Source of the DNA: Octopus sinensis
Lineage: Eukaryota
DNA length: 64,000 nt
Direction of reading: 5' to 3'
NCBI RefSeq assembly: GCF_006345805.1
Contig: NC_043004.1
Location: 44,888,001-44,952,000 of the forward strand
Below, piece after piece: positions 13,315-26,269 of the stretch. Numbering within the stretch: position 1 is the stretch's first letter; the number at the start of each line of letters is the position of its first letter. The notes beneath the pieces are model-generated. The model searched no databases. It had not been told where the DNA came from and saw only the letters and a program-made list of their open reading frames with translations. Position numbers and translations under genes: made by a program.

Positions 13315-13356
<42 letters not shown>

Positions 13357-13419
13357 CAGTAGTAGAGTAGTAGTAGTAGCAGTAGTAGCAGTACAGTAGT
13401 GTAGCAGCAGCACAGCAGC

Positions 13420-13463
<44 letters not shown>

Positions 13464-13466
13464 AAT
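12205..13466. repeat. (AGT/AGC)n trinucleotide array with a ~180-bp higher-order unit
   Basis: The GCGAC landmark recurs at 12514, 12698, 12884 and 13058. Triplet phase is repeatedly broken after about 13070. Confidence 0.9.
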
Positions 13467-13674
13467 ATTACAACCACATGCCGGCGACGCGAAGCGAACG
13501 CGCATTCATTTTATTAATTTCTTTTTTTTCTTTTTCTGTAGCTGAACTACGTTACCCTACGCATTCCTTCCTTTCTCACTTCGATTAATTTAGTTAATTA
13601 TTGAATGATTCATCGAATGATCGATTTACAACTCAGCGCCGCCGCCTTCGCCACGTTGATTCATAACACATGCA

Positions 13675-13708
<34 letters not shown>

Positions 13709-13709
13709 C

Positions 13710-14004
13710 TCTTTTTACTCTTTACTCTTTTACTCTTTTACTCTTTTACTTGTTTCAGTCATTTGACTGCGGCCATGCTGGAGCACCGCCTTTAGTCGAG
13801 CAAATCGACCCCAGAACTTATTCTTTGTAAGCCCGGTACTTATTCTATCGGTCTCTTTTGCCGAACCGCTAAGTGACTTGTAGATTTAATATACCCAATT
13901 GTCATTTTATATTTTTACTACAATGCTGTTTGCTAATAATCTACACACCAGCATCCGGTGTCAAGCAATGCTAGAGGGACAAACACAGACACACCCAAAC
14001 ATAT

Positions 14005-14041
<37 letters not shown>

Positions 14042-14236
14042 GATATATATATATATATATATATTATATACATATATACGACAGGCTTCTTTCAGTTTCC
14101 GTCTACCAAATCCACTCACAAGGCATTGGTCGGCCCGAGGCTATAGTAGAAGACACTTGCCCAAGATGTCACGCAGTGGGACTGAACCCGGAACCATGTG
14201 GTTGGTAAGCAAGCTACTTACCACACAGCCACTCCT
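13710..14236 (-). mobile_element. tRNA-derived SINE, family B (CORE-like, possibly OR2-related)
   Basis: Minus head GGAGTGGCTGTGTGG...GGGTTCAGTCCC, CORE-like CTTGGGCAAGTGTCTT, internal (TA) spacer, tail (AGTAAAAG)n. Confidence 0.85.
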
Positions 14237-14530
14237 ATATGTATGTATATGTATATACAGCGTGTTATCATCATCTATCTCGTTGTCAAACTATCTATCT
14301 AAGCTACGCCCTACCAGCAAAAAAAATAATAATAAATAAAGACAAAAAAATAATGATAAAACCAAGATAAATCAATCTGCTGAATCGATACCTATTTCGA
14401 TCTTAATTCGATTTCGATTCGACACGTTTTCGATTCGGTCCTGTGCAATAATATTTCATATGATGTCGCTGTGGTAGATTAAAGAAGTCATCATCGTCGT
14501 CGTCTTCATCATCATCATCATCATCATTAA

Positions 14531-14783
14531 GGCGGCGAGCTGGCAAAATCGTTAACATGCCGAATAAAATGCTTAGCAGTATTATTTCCTCGTCCTTACG
14601 TTTTGAGCTCAAATTCCGCCAAGGTCGACTTTGCCTTTCTTCTTTTCAGGGTCAATAAAATAAGTACCAGTGGAGCACTGGGTCGATGTAATCGACTAGC
14701 CCTCTTCCACAAAGTTTCAGGCTTTGTGCCTATAGTGGAAAGGATTATTATTATTATTTTTATTATTATTATTATTATTATTA

Positions 14784-14833
<50 letters not shown>

Positions 14834-14860
14834 TTTTTATTATTATTATTTTCATTATTA

Positions 14861-14924
<64 letters not shown>

Positions 14925-15595
14925 GGGGGCGAGCTGAAAGAACGCCGGACAAAATGCTTATCGGAATTTCGTCCGTCATTAGTTGTGAGTTCAAATTCGG
15001 CCGAGGTCGAACTTTACCTTTTATTTTTTTTTTTTTTAAGGGTCGATAAAACATGTATCAGTCAAGTACTGTGGTCGATAAAATCGATGTATCCCTCCCC
15101 TCAAAACCTGCTGCTCACGTGCCAAAATTTGAAACCATTATTATTTTCATTATCGTCAAGGCAGCGAGCTGACAGAATTATTAGCTTCGAGGTATTTCGT
15201 CCGTTTTTTACGTTCTGAGTTCAAATTCCACCGAGGTCAATTTTGCCTTTCATCCTTTCGGGGACGAGAAAACAAGTACCAGTTGAGCACTGGGATTGAT
15301 GTAATCGACTAGGACCCCTCCCCGAAAATACAGACCTTATGCCTATAGTAGAAAGGATTATTATTTTCCTTCAGGCGACGAACTGGCAAAATTGTTAAGC
15401 ACGCCGAACAAAGTACTTGGCGGCATTTCCTCCGACTGGACGTTCTGAGTTCAAATTCCGCCGAGGTCAGCATTTCCTTTCCGTCATTTCGGAGTTAATA
15501 AAATAAGTACCAGTTGAAGACTAGGATCAACGTTATTGTTTTGCCCTTCCCCTCAAAATTTCTGGTCTTGTGCCAAAATTAGGAGCCAAAATTAT
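14531..15595 (+). mobile_element. Cluster of four same-orientation family A SINEs separated by (ATT)n
   Basis: Heads at about 14531, 14925, 15160 and 15374, each with a GAGTTCAAATT-type B box and a CTTGTGCC-type tail. Confidence 0.85.
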
Positions 15596-15902
15596 TAACA
15601 TCATTATATTGGCGTTTGTCACCTCAGTCAGTTCGATGGAATGTCTTCACCGTGTCTTCTCTCTCTTTCTCTTTCTCTGCCTGTCTGTCTCTGTCTCTGT
15701 CTCTCACTCTTTCTCTCTACATGGTCGCAGTAATTTACAAGAAATAGCAGCTAAATTTTTTCATGAATTATATTTTCAACTTTTAAATAAAAAGAAAAGA
15801 AAAGAAATGAAAAATATAGCGCACATTCCACTGCGTAGTCGTGGATATCCTAGAACAGGACTGACCAGTGGCTAACAATAAAAGCAACTGCTACCATCGC
15901 AA

Positions 15903-16501
15903 ATACCACCGCCACCACCAACACCACAACCACCTCCACCACAACCACAACCACCACCACAACCACCACCAATTCCACCACCACCACAACCACCACCAAC
16001 ACCACCACAACCACCACCACAACCACCACCACCAACACCACCACAACCACCACCACCACAACCACCACCACCACAACCACAACCACCACAACCACCACCA
16101 ATTCCACCACCACCACAACCACCACCACAACCACCACCAACACCACCACAACCACCACCACAACCACCACCACAACAACCACCACCACAACCACCACCAC
16201 CACAACCACCACCACAACCACCACCACCACCACCACCACAACCACAACCACCACCAATTCCACCACCACCACAACCACCACCACCATCACCACCACCACA
16301 ACCACCACCACCACCACAACCACAACCACCACTACCACAACCACCACCACCACAACCACCACCACAACCACCACCACCACAACCACCACCACCATAACCA
16401 CCACCACCACAACCACCACCACCACCACAACCACCACCACCACCACAACCACCACCACCACCACAACCACCACCACCACTACTACTACTCTACTACTACT
16501 A
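15903..16501. repeat. (ACC/ACA)n trinucleotide array
   Basis: About 600 bp of ACCACCACA variants. Gives poly-His, poly-Thr and poly-Val read-throughs. Confidence 0.9.
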
Positions 16502-16624
16502 CCTGTTGCTTCCCGTACGTTACGAGGTTGGTAAATAAATGCTTATTTCTGAGCATGCCATAAACACTACACAACCCCATTCTCATGTATAGGATGGGCG
16601 TCTGGCCCATGTATACATACATAC

Positions 16625-16657
<33 letters not shown>

Positions 16658-16679
16658 TGTATGTATGTATGTATGCATG

Positions 16680-16733
<54 letters not shown>

Positions 16734-17201
16734 CGTGTGTGTGTGTATGTCTGGTTTAAAACATTGTGATATATGAAGTGGAGTAGACAATAAAAAATAC
16801 GGAAATAAACTCATAAGAACTTCGAATAATTTAAACTTGCGTTGAGGGTTTCGATTTTCTTGGGTACCTGTATAATTTTATTTCCTCGATGATTTATTAA
16901 TTTCAATCAACAATGTTATCGTTTCGTTTCAGGTGATTTTCTTGTCATGCCAATTAACGTGTCTTAAAGCAAAAGGGCATGAGCATCATCACACATTATC
17001 ATCTCTCCTTCATTTATTTTTCATCTTTTTGTCTCTACATCTTCGCTTCATTTCTTTCATCAATGCGATTTTGACTGTATGAGGCCTACTGCAATTACAA
17101 ATCTACTTATCGACTACACGTGAGAGTGTAAGAAACACATACATACATACATACACATACATACATACATACAACATACATACATACATACATATTATAT
17201 A

Positions 17202-17256
<55 letters not shown>

Positions 17257-17956
17257 TATACTAACAAATTAAACAAATAAAACATATGCATGCATACATA
17301 CATACATATATGACATACCTACATCTATATGTATATATACATGCATATATATATATATGAGTACAGGACACACAAATAAACGTAGAAAACAACGAGAAAC
17401 GAAAACATAAAAACAAACAAGAAAACGGACTTTTTATATATATATACATATATACATACATATAATATACATATATACATATATATGTATATATATATAT
17501 ATATGTGTGTGTGTATATATATATATATATGCATACATACATACATACATACATACACACACACTCATAAGTGAAAGAGAGACACAGATAACGAGAGAGA
17601 GAGAGAGAGAGAGAGAAGAAGAGAGAGAGAGAGAAGAAGCGAGAGAGAAGAAGAGGGAGAGAGAAAGAGAGAGAGAGAGATTAGTTGTGCTTGCTGCATT
17701 ATCCTTCACTTACCTGGCAGCTCTCTCCTTTGCTTTTATAAACCAATTTTTATTTTACCAACCGGAAGAACCAAGGAGAAATACAGATATACACACAAAC
17801 ACAAATATATACATATATATATATACATATATACACACATATATATATATATGTGTGTACATACACCAAAGTATACGCATATATATATACATAAGAAATA
17901 CACATTCGCAAACACATAATTAATTACTTATATTCAAATATATATATAAGGATATT

Positions 17957-17991
<35 letters not shown>

Positions 17992-18451
17992 TATATATAG
18001 ATGATTGTGTATAAGTGTGTGTGTGTGTACATGCATATATGTGTTAGTACTGTTCCAAATGTAACAAAAGATATTGACTAAAGGGGAAAAAAGAAACAAA
18101 AACAAGCTAAGAACAACCACGAAAACACCAGAATTTCATTTTCTTCTCACACGCTGCAGTGCTACCGTTTCAAACCATAATTTTTCGATATATTTTTCTT
18201 TCCCTCGTAGTTTCAGTTGTTCTTTTGTTTTGTTATGTTATTTTCTATGTGATTTTGTTGTTGTTGTTGTTGTTGTTTTACTCTTTATTTTAGAAAGCAT
18301 TGTTACTATGGAAACCGAGATACATCTTACTTCATCAGCATCATATACTTGCTCTTCTTTTTTTTGTTCTTCATTTCCATTTTAATATCTTCAATTATCC
18401 CTGCTCAATTTAAATCTACCAATCAATCTATCTTGATTAATATCTATTTGA

Positions 18452-18551
18452 NNNNNNNNNNNNNNNNNNNNNNNNNNNNNNNNNNNNNNNNNNNNNNNNN
18501 NNNNNNNNNNNNNNNNNNNNNNNNNNNNNNNNNNNNNNNNNNNNNNNNNNN
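18452..18551. other. Assembly gap (100 N)
   Basis: Exactly 100 N, so the true size is unknown and the flanks may not be adjacent. Confidence 1.
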
Positions 18552-18583
<32 letters not shown>

Positions 18584-18956
18584 ATATATATATGTATATG
18601 TAGTATACTGAATGCGAAATGATTAGGAATTTGTATTTCTGTATTATGAAAATATTAGCAATTTACTAAATTTTTTTGTGTTGAATTTCATTCTCTAAAT
18701 TAGCATTTTTATAGAGAATTCGCTATTATTTACTTTTTATATGATTTAATTAATATTTATAGTTTTCGTCGTCTATCTAGGGGGTACGTCGCTGGTATTA
18801 GTCATGTGATAAATTTTTCAGATGCATACTTATGTACACACACACACACACACACAAAGAAGAATATTATTAAGCAAAAATATTATTAAGAGTGATTTCG
18901 AAGTTGCGGTCAAATAAGCCATGATCATAGAGTACTCTTATCATAAAGACATTCAT

Positions 18957-18967
18957 ATGTATGTATG

Positions 18968-19001
<34 letters not shown>

Positions 19002-19153
19002 TGTATGTATGTATGTATGTATGTATGTATGTACGTATATATGTATGTATGTATGGACGTATATATGTATGATGTATGTATGTTATGTATGTATGTATGT
19101 AAGTATGTAGTATGTATGTATGTAGTATATATGTATGTATGTATGTATGTACG

Positions 19154-19187
<34 letters not shown>

Positions 19188-19237
19188 TGTATGTATGTAT
19201 GTACGTATATATGTATGTATGTATGTATGTAAGTATG

Positions 19238-19268
<31 letters not shown>

Positions 19269-19480
19269 GTATGTATGTATGTATGTATGTATGTATGTAT
19301 GTATGTATGTATGTATGTACGTATATATGTATGTATGTATGTATGTGTGCATGTATTTATGTCTGTATACATGTATGTATGTATGTATGTATGTATGTAT
19401 GTATGTATGTATGTATGTATGTATGCATGTATGTATGTTTGTATGTATGTATGTATGTATCTATGTATGTATGTATGTAT
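18957..19480. repeat. (TATG)n microsatellite
   Basis: Long tetranucleotide array. Similar arrays at about 20024-20177, 20900-21130 and 56790-56915. Confidence 0.95.
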
Positions 19481-19920
19481 GGCAGGTCACTTTCGAGTGC
19501 TACTGGTAACATGTAACCCAGTACAATCTGTTGCATGGTCGGGTCGTCGGCGACAAAACTGGCAACCCCACAAAGCTTGCTTGGTGAGGAGGGCGTATAT
19601 TGGACACCCTGCGGGATAAAAAACAAAACTCGTCAAAGGGCGGAGGAACTCTTGAGAGTCAACGGCTGTATGTCTTAAGGCTGTATCATGCGCGGGGACA
19701 TAGAAATAATCGGACTGAATACCCGATTGCGCGGTTAAACCATTGGGAGTGAAAGACTCCTAGCCTTTGTTAGGGCATCCTTCTAGGAGAAGGTAACTCA
19801 GGTAACTGGGAGAACTTCGACATAAAACTGCGGCTAGTGGTTACCAATGATGTTGACTTGTTCTTCTTTTCGGATTGTGGCTGTTGTTCCTTGGTAAGTG
19901 GGATTGACTCAGTGCACAGC
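19481..19920 (+). mobile_element. Probable RTE-clade LINE 5-prime UTR fragment
   Basis: GC-richer island containing GGGCATCCTTCTAGGAGAAGGTAACTC, which resembles an RTE UTR motif recalled from memory. No ORF. Confidence 0.4.
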
Positions 19921-20261
19921 CTATCCTCACTTTAAAAAAATCTTCTTGCACAGACATTGCACGATAACAACATTGATTAAGCTTCGTGCAATGGCCATAC
20001 TCGATAACGAGGGGGCAGCCACCATGTATGTATGTATGCATGTATGTATGTATGTATGTATGTATGTATGTATGTATGTATGTATGTATTTATGTATGTA
20101 TGCATGTATGTATGTATGCATGCATGTATGTATGTATGTATGTATTTATGTATGTATGTATGTATGTATGTATGTACGTACGCGTGCGTACTTGCGTGCA
20201 TGTACGTAAGTGTGTATATAATCAGCCACTTCTGATTGCGTAAAGAAACGAAATACTGTAT

Positions 20262-20656
20262 CTTTTACCTTTTCCTTGCTTCAATCATTAGACTGCGGCC
20301 ACGCTGGAGCACCATTTTGGTTAATTTTTTATTTAAGTCGAGTGAATCGACCCCAGTATCTAATATTTCTTAAACCTTGGTATTTTTTCTATCGGTCTCT
20401 TTTACCGAACCTCTAAGTTTCAGTGACATAAACAGACCAACACCGGTTGCCAGGCAGTGACGGGAATAAATACACACATGTTTTATATACACGACGGGCT
20501 TCTTTCAGTTTCCGTCTACCAAGTCCACTCACAAGGCTTTGGTCGGTCCGAGGCTAAAGTGGAAGACGCTTACTCAACATTCCACGCAGTGTGACTGAAC
20601 CCGGAATCATGTGGTTGGGAAACGAACTTCTTATCACACAGCCGCACCTGCGTCTA
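20262..20656 (-). mobile_element. SINE family B
   Basis: Colinear with 13710-14236 and 32598-33018. Confidence 0.85.
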
Positions 20657-21968
20657 AATTAAACATAATTTACGAAGATATTATTAGTTCATAGCGTAGA
20701 CATTAACTTCTATTCTTGACAAGAATAAAAAGAACAAGAAATCATTTCAAAGCTCATCACACCACAGCGTCAAATGTCTGCTTTGTCATGTGTCAACGGA
20801 TCCAGTCAGTCTCTGGAGTCTTTGTTTCTGACAGCAATCTGCGAATATATGCTGGTTTGCGATATACCCAATCCACATTAAACTTGTCAATCCATACGAT
20901 GTGTGTATGTATGTATGTATGTATGTATGTATGTATGTATGTATGTATGTATGTATGTATGCATGCATGCATGTATGTATGTATGTATGTATGTATGCAT
21001 GTATGTATGCATGTATGTATGTATGTATGTATGTATGTATGTATGTATGTATGTATGTATGTATGTATGTATGTATGTATGTATGTATGTATGTATGTAT
21101 GAATGTATGTATGTATGCATGCAATTATGAATGTAATGTATGTATGTGTGTGTGTATGTGTGTATGTATGTAAGTGTGTGTGTGTGTGTGTGTGGTGTGT
21201 GTGTGTGTGTGTGTGTGTACACATGTGTGATAAAACATTTACATCGAAAGCATATTCTTCGAAACACATGGCCAAAGAGCAAAACGATCGAAAGAGAAAT
21301 TGATCGAAAGTGTACACGTCTGCATCAAATGGGAAGACAAATTCGTATAAAAGAGAAAAATCTGAAATACACTTAACTTGTCAACTAATTTATTTTTATG
21401 ATAAGAAAAAAAAAATTTTTTTAACGAAATATATTTTCAGTTTTTCTTTTTCTTTTGTGTTTCTTTCTTTTTTTTTCATAAGGAAGTAAATGCTTGTAGA
21501 GATACATTGAAAGTTAATCTCGTGCAATCTTTCAAACGTGTTTTTTGTAATTTTAAAATGATAGCAAATTATATAAAAACGATTTGAAACTAGATATAAT
21601 TTCTAGTTATCGTTTTGTATCTGCGTTTCAGTACTACGAGCGTCTAATATGATAGACATTCAGTAGTTATAGTAATAACACAGCAGGACACACCGTTGAC
21701 TTATAAAGCCAATACTAACTCAGTAGGATACGCTATTGACTTATAAAGCGCTTAATATACTTCTGTTCTATATTATGGTTGCCATAACGAAATACAGGGT
21801 TCCTGCAATTCATTAATCGCAATGATAATGATTTTAAATATAGGTACATTACCAAAACGTTTATGGTCAGAGTAGAATCGCTTAGTTCTACTTAATAATT
21901 TTAGTAGGGTTTTGAGAAGTGTGGAACCACATTTTAGCCACGATTGTTCTCAGGTCTATTCTGTTCTG

Positions 21969-22387
21969 GGATCTTTTCGGTTTGAACGGCAGTTTTTAAC
22001 ATAATTTCTAGGTAACTATAAAAATTTTAAACTTCGTATACTGGTAGAATGTGTTTATAAAACATCTTTTTCTCTTGGCTTGATCGAGAAAATTATCTTA
22101 TAGTTTGCATTTTTTCTTCAATTTCTGCAATTTCAACCAATCAATGACGTCCATTTGAGGTAAAAAAAAAAAACATTCTGTGCCGTATGAATATGTCCCT
22201 CGTTTAAGAAACAGATTGGATTTATTTACATTTGTGAAGAAAAAAAGATACCTTTCCCCCATCCCTAACCCTAACCCTAACCCTAAAGCAGATTGAAATG
22301 CAATAGATCGATACTAGGGCCATAATTATGGGTGACAATTTCATATGACACCGCTAGAAAAAACTGCCGTTCAAACCGAAAAGATCC
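21969..22387. mobile_element. MITE with 30-bp TIR GGATCTTTTCGGTTTGAACGGCAGTTTTT (Merlin-like)
   Basis: TIRs at both ends and (CCCTAA)4 at 22263-22286. No TSD visible in this copy. Confidence 0.9.
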
Positions 22388-22724
22388 AATAATTGAAACT
22401 AAAGGGACATATCTCAACGCCACGCCATCTACTGGCATTGCATTAACTATTTCAAATATAGATTCACGACCTAAACAACTCAATAAGGCAGTAGTATTTG
22501 ACTAATACTAAAATAGTCGACCTCAATTATCTACTATGTGTCCAGTATATCTCTTGCAAAAACTTTAATGATTTTCTAATGCGAATGGCCATATTTTATA
22601 GTTATCACGTCAGATTTTGTAAATTATACAAAATCTATAAATTTTGATTTATATATTAACTATTTCTCAATTTTAGAGCATTAAAACAATATGACACCAG
22701 TAATTCAAATATCAATAAATCATT

Positions 22725-25185
22725 TTATTTTTTCTTTGTATATATTTTAAAACTGTTGCTTTAAAAATGTTCGACTCAAGAGTGGCTGTGTGGTAAGAAG
22801 TTTGCTTCCCAACCACAGATTTCCGGGTTCAGTCCCCTTGCGTGGACCCTTAGGAAACTGTCTTACTATAGCCTTGGGCTGACCAAAGCCTTGTGAGTGG
22901 ATTTGGTTGACGGAAACTGAAAGAAGCCCGTCGTAAATATATATGCATGTGTGTGTGTTTGTATCAATGTTTGTTCCCCACCACCGCTGGACAACCGGTG
23001 TTGGTGTGTTTGTGTCCTCGTAACTTGGCAGTTCGGCAAATGAAACAGATTTAATAATTGTTAGGTTTTAAAATATGAATACTGAGATGATGAATTTGAC
23101 TAAATCTTCGTTGTATGTCAGGTCATTGACGCCACTATGAAACATTTATTGATACTGTTTCTGACGAAGTTGGAGGAAAAAGACGGGCTCATTATAACGC
23201 TTAATAGCATTAAGATGGTTTAAAGCCTTTATAAACGTATCCAGCTCCATTTTGTCTTTTCGCTGATGAAGCAGATAAAAATGGAAAATTATTCTCACAA
23301 ATACTAGATGATCCTCTCCCACCAAAAGGATAATCCCGAAATTCATTTGGTGGGGAGAGTCACCTGGCATTTGTCCTCTTTTTGAAATTCTGGTGGAACC
23401 CCTGACCGCCTTGATTGAGCACGAGCTATGATCAACAGTGTTCCGACCATGACCTTCCTCCATGTTTCCGGGAAAAGTATATCTAGGACTACATTATTCA
23501 GTCGGCAGGTGTGATTTGAGGAGATTTGGCTGTCATTTTCTTACTATTAAGTAACAGCTTATCAAAACTCCCGTCTCCTATTAATACTCGAATAGCTTTT
23601 GTATTTTGTTTTTTCATTGAAATTATGCCACAAGATCTGAACAAAAATTGAAAACGTATGTTATTTGATTATTTTGAAATCCTGCGGATTGTGTCGTAAA
23701 GTTGTAGCTTATACCTAAATCTGGAACTTGTTTTTTATTACTGTAATCTTCAGGCAGGATCTGGATTGACACTTTGAACCGCAGATACAGTTTATCTGAT
23801 GAACTGCCACGCAAATTTCTGTATTGCGTTGTATCATAGTGTGACAAAAATCAAAAAGGATAGTACTTTTTAAATTTTATTCTTTAGCTGAATGCTTCTC
23901 AAACTATTTATCTTTTACGATCACCCATTTTCTTTTCTTTTTATTTATTTTTTCTTTGTAATATTTTAAAACTGTTGCTTAAAAAATGTTCGACTCAAGA
24001 GTTGCTGTGTGGTAAGAAGTTTGCTTCCCAACCACAGATTTCCGGGTTCAGTCCCCTTGCGTGGACCCTTAGGAAACTGTCTTACTATAGCCTTGGGCTG
24101 ACCAAAGCCTTGTGAGTGGATTTGGTTGACGGAAACTGAAAGAAGCCTCGTAAATATATATGCATGTGTGTGTGTTTGTATCAATGTTTGTTCCCCACCA
24201 CCGCTGGACAACCGGTGTTGGTGTGTTTGTGTCCTCGGTCGTAACTTGGCAGTTCGGCAAATGAAACAGATTTAATAATTGTTAGGCTTTAAATATGAAT
24301 ACTGAGATGATGATTTGACTAAATCTTCGTTGTATGTCAGGTCATTGACGCACTATGAAACATTTATTGATACTGTTTCTGACGAAGTTGGAGGAAAAAG
24401 ACGGGCTCATTATAACGCTTAATAGCATTAAGATGGTTTAAAGCCTTTATAAACGTATCCAGCTCCATTTTGTCTTTTCGCTGATGAAGCAGATAAAATA
24501 TGTCAATATTATTCTCACAAATACTAGATGATCCTCTCCCACCAAAAGGATAATCCCGAATATTCATTTGGTGGGGAGAGTCACCTGGCATTTGTCCTCT
24601 TTTTGAAATTCTGGTGGAACCCCTGACCGGCCTTGATTGAGCACGAGCTATGATCAACAGTGTTCCGACCATGACCTTCCCTCCATGTTTCCGGGAAAAG
24701 TATATCTAGGACTACATTATTCAGTCGGCAGCGTGTGATTTGAGGGAGATTTGGCTGTCATTTTCTTACATATTAAGTAACAGCTTATCAAAACTCCCGT
24801 CTCCTATTAATACTCGAATAGCTTTTGTATTTTGTTTTTTCATTGAAATTATGCCACAAGATCTGAACAAAAATTGAAAACGTATGTTATTTGATTATTT
24901 TGAAATCCCTGCGGATTGTGTCGTAAAGTTGTAGCTTATACCTAAATCTGGAACTTGTTTTTTATTACTGTAATCTTCAGGCAGGATCTGGATTGACACT
25001 TTGAACCGCAGATACAGTTTATCTGATGAACTGCCACGCAAATTTCTGTATTGCGTTGTATCATAGTGTGACAAAAATCAAAAAGGATAGTACTTTTTAA
25101 ATTTTATTCTTTAGCTGAATGCTTCTCAAACTATTTATCTTTTACGATCACCCATTTTCTTTTTCTTTTTATTTATTTTTTTCTT
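22725..25185. repeat. Tandem duplication, unit ~1219 bp
   Basis: Position 22753 aligns to 23972. The copies differ mostly by 1-3 nt indels, and each contains a truncated family B SINE. Confidence 0.95.
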
Positions 25186-25523
25186 TTACTTGTTTCAGTC
25201 ATTTTGACTGATCAAATCCCAATAGTTAATTTAATTTTTTTTTTAGTTTTTTTTATGCCTGGTACATTTTCTATTGGTGTCTTTTGCCGATAACACCGGT
25301 TATCATTAAAGTAGTGAGAGGGGACAGATACAAAGACACGTACAAACACACACATACGACAGGCTTCTTTCAGTTTTCGCATATGAAATCGTATCATAGC
25401 GTTTTAGTCAACCCAAGGCTATATTAGAAGACACCTACGTTACCATGTAGTGGGTCTGAACCTGAAACTAAGCGGTTGGGAAACAAGCTTTCTACCACAC
25501 AATCATATCTTAGTAACACTTTT

Positions 25524-25938
25524 GTATATTTTCGATTTGAACGGCAGTTTTTTCTAGTGTCATATGAAATTGTCACCCATAATTATGACCCTAGTATCGA
25601 TCTATTGCATTTCAATCTGTTTTATGGTTAGGGTTAGGGGTGGGGGAAAGGTATTTTTTTTTCTTCACAAATATAAATAAACCCAATCTGTTTCTTAACC
25701 GAGGGACATATTCATATGGCACAGAATGTTTTTTTACCTCAATGGGCGTATTTGATTGGTTGAAATTGCAGAAATTAAAGAAAAAAAAACAACAAATATC
25801 TTACAAACTATAGAATTTTCTCAATAAAGGCAAGAGGAAAAGATGTTTTATAAATACATTCTACCAGTATACGAAGTTAAAAATTTTTTAGTTACCTAGA
25901 AATTATGTTAAAAACTGCCGTTCAAACCGAAAAGATCC
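25524..25938. mobile_element. MITE (GGATC family), reverse orientation
   Basis: Degenerate left TIR, intact right TIR, flanked by 92-bp direct repeats. Confidence 0.9.
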
Positions 25939-26269
25939 CACCTACGTTACCATGAAGTGGGTCTGAACCTGAAACCAAGTGGTTGGAAAGCAAGCTTTCT
26001 ACCACACAATCATATCTTAGTAACACTTTTTCAATGTCACCCACCGCCTATTTTTAATGTACTTACACGTAATATTAAGATAAAGCTTAAAGTAGGTGAC
26101 TACCAACCACAGTCGTCGTCGCCGACGTCGTAATGCATCGTACGCTTCGCAGCGCGTTAATGACACAACAATAAAAGTCTTCCTAATTGAAAGCGAGTTC
26201 TCTCATCTAATGAATCCACAGCGTTACTTCATTTTGACTTTTTTTATAGTGTATATTTTTTAATCTTTT

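Noticed and set aside
11924-13477. 517-aa minus-strand ORF and overlapping poly-A/V/S ORFs
   Set aside because: Entirely explained by the (AGY)n array, and the frame hops between homopolymer tracts.
15868-16563. 231-aa poly-His ORF and the parallel mucin-like poly-Thr frame
   Set aside because: An (ACC)n microsatellite with no Gly-His motif pattern of cephalopod beak proteins, no signal peptide, weak splice sites and a frame break at about 16490.
14389-17740. Minus-strand mini-exon chain (17.7k, 16.5k, 15.85k, 14.4k)
   Set aside because: Two acceptors lack pyrimidine tracts, one donor is weak, and the last phases do not match.
19481-19620. HDV-like ribozyme in the RTE-like 5-prime region
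   Set aside because: A GCAGG/CCTGC-GG pairing exists, but I could not find a P3/L3 motif or a P2 helix by eye. A descriptor search would settle it.
20700-20900. Protein-like frames on both strands (for example FNVDWVYRKPAYIRRLL)
   Set aside because: No convincing splice-site pair and no recognisable motif, and the frames are extended only by the adjacent microsatellite.
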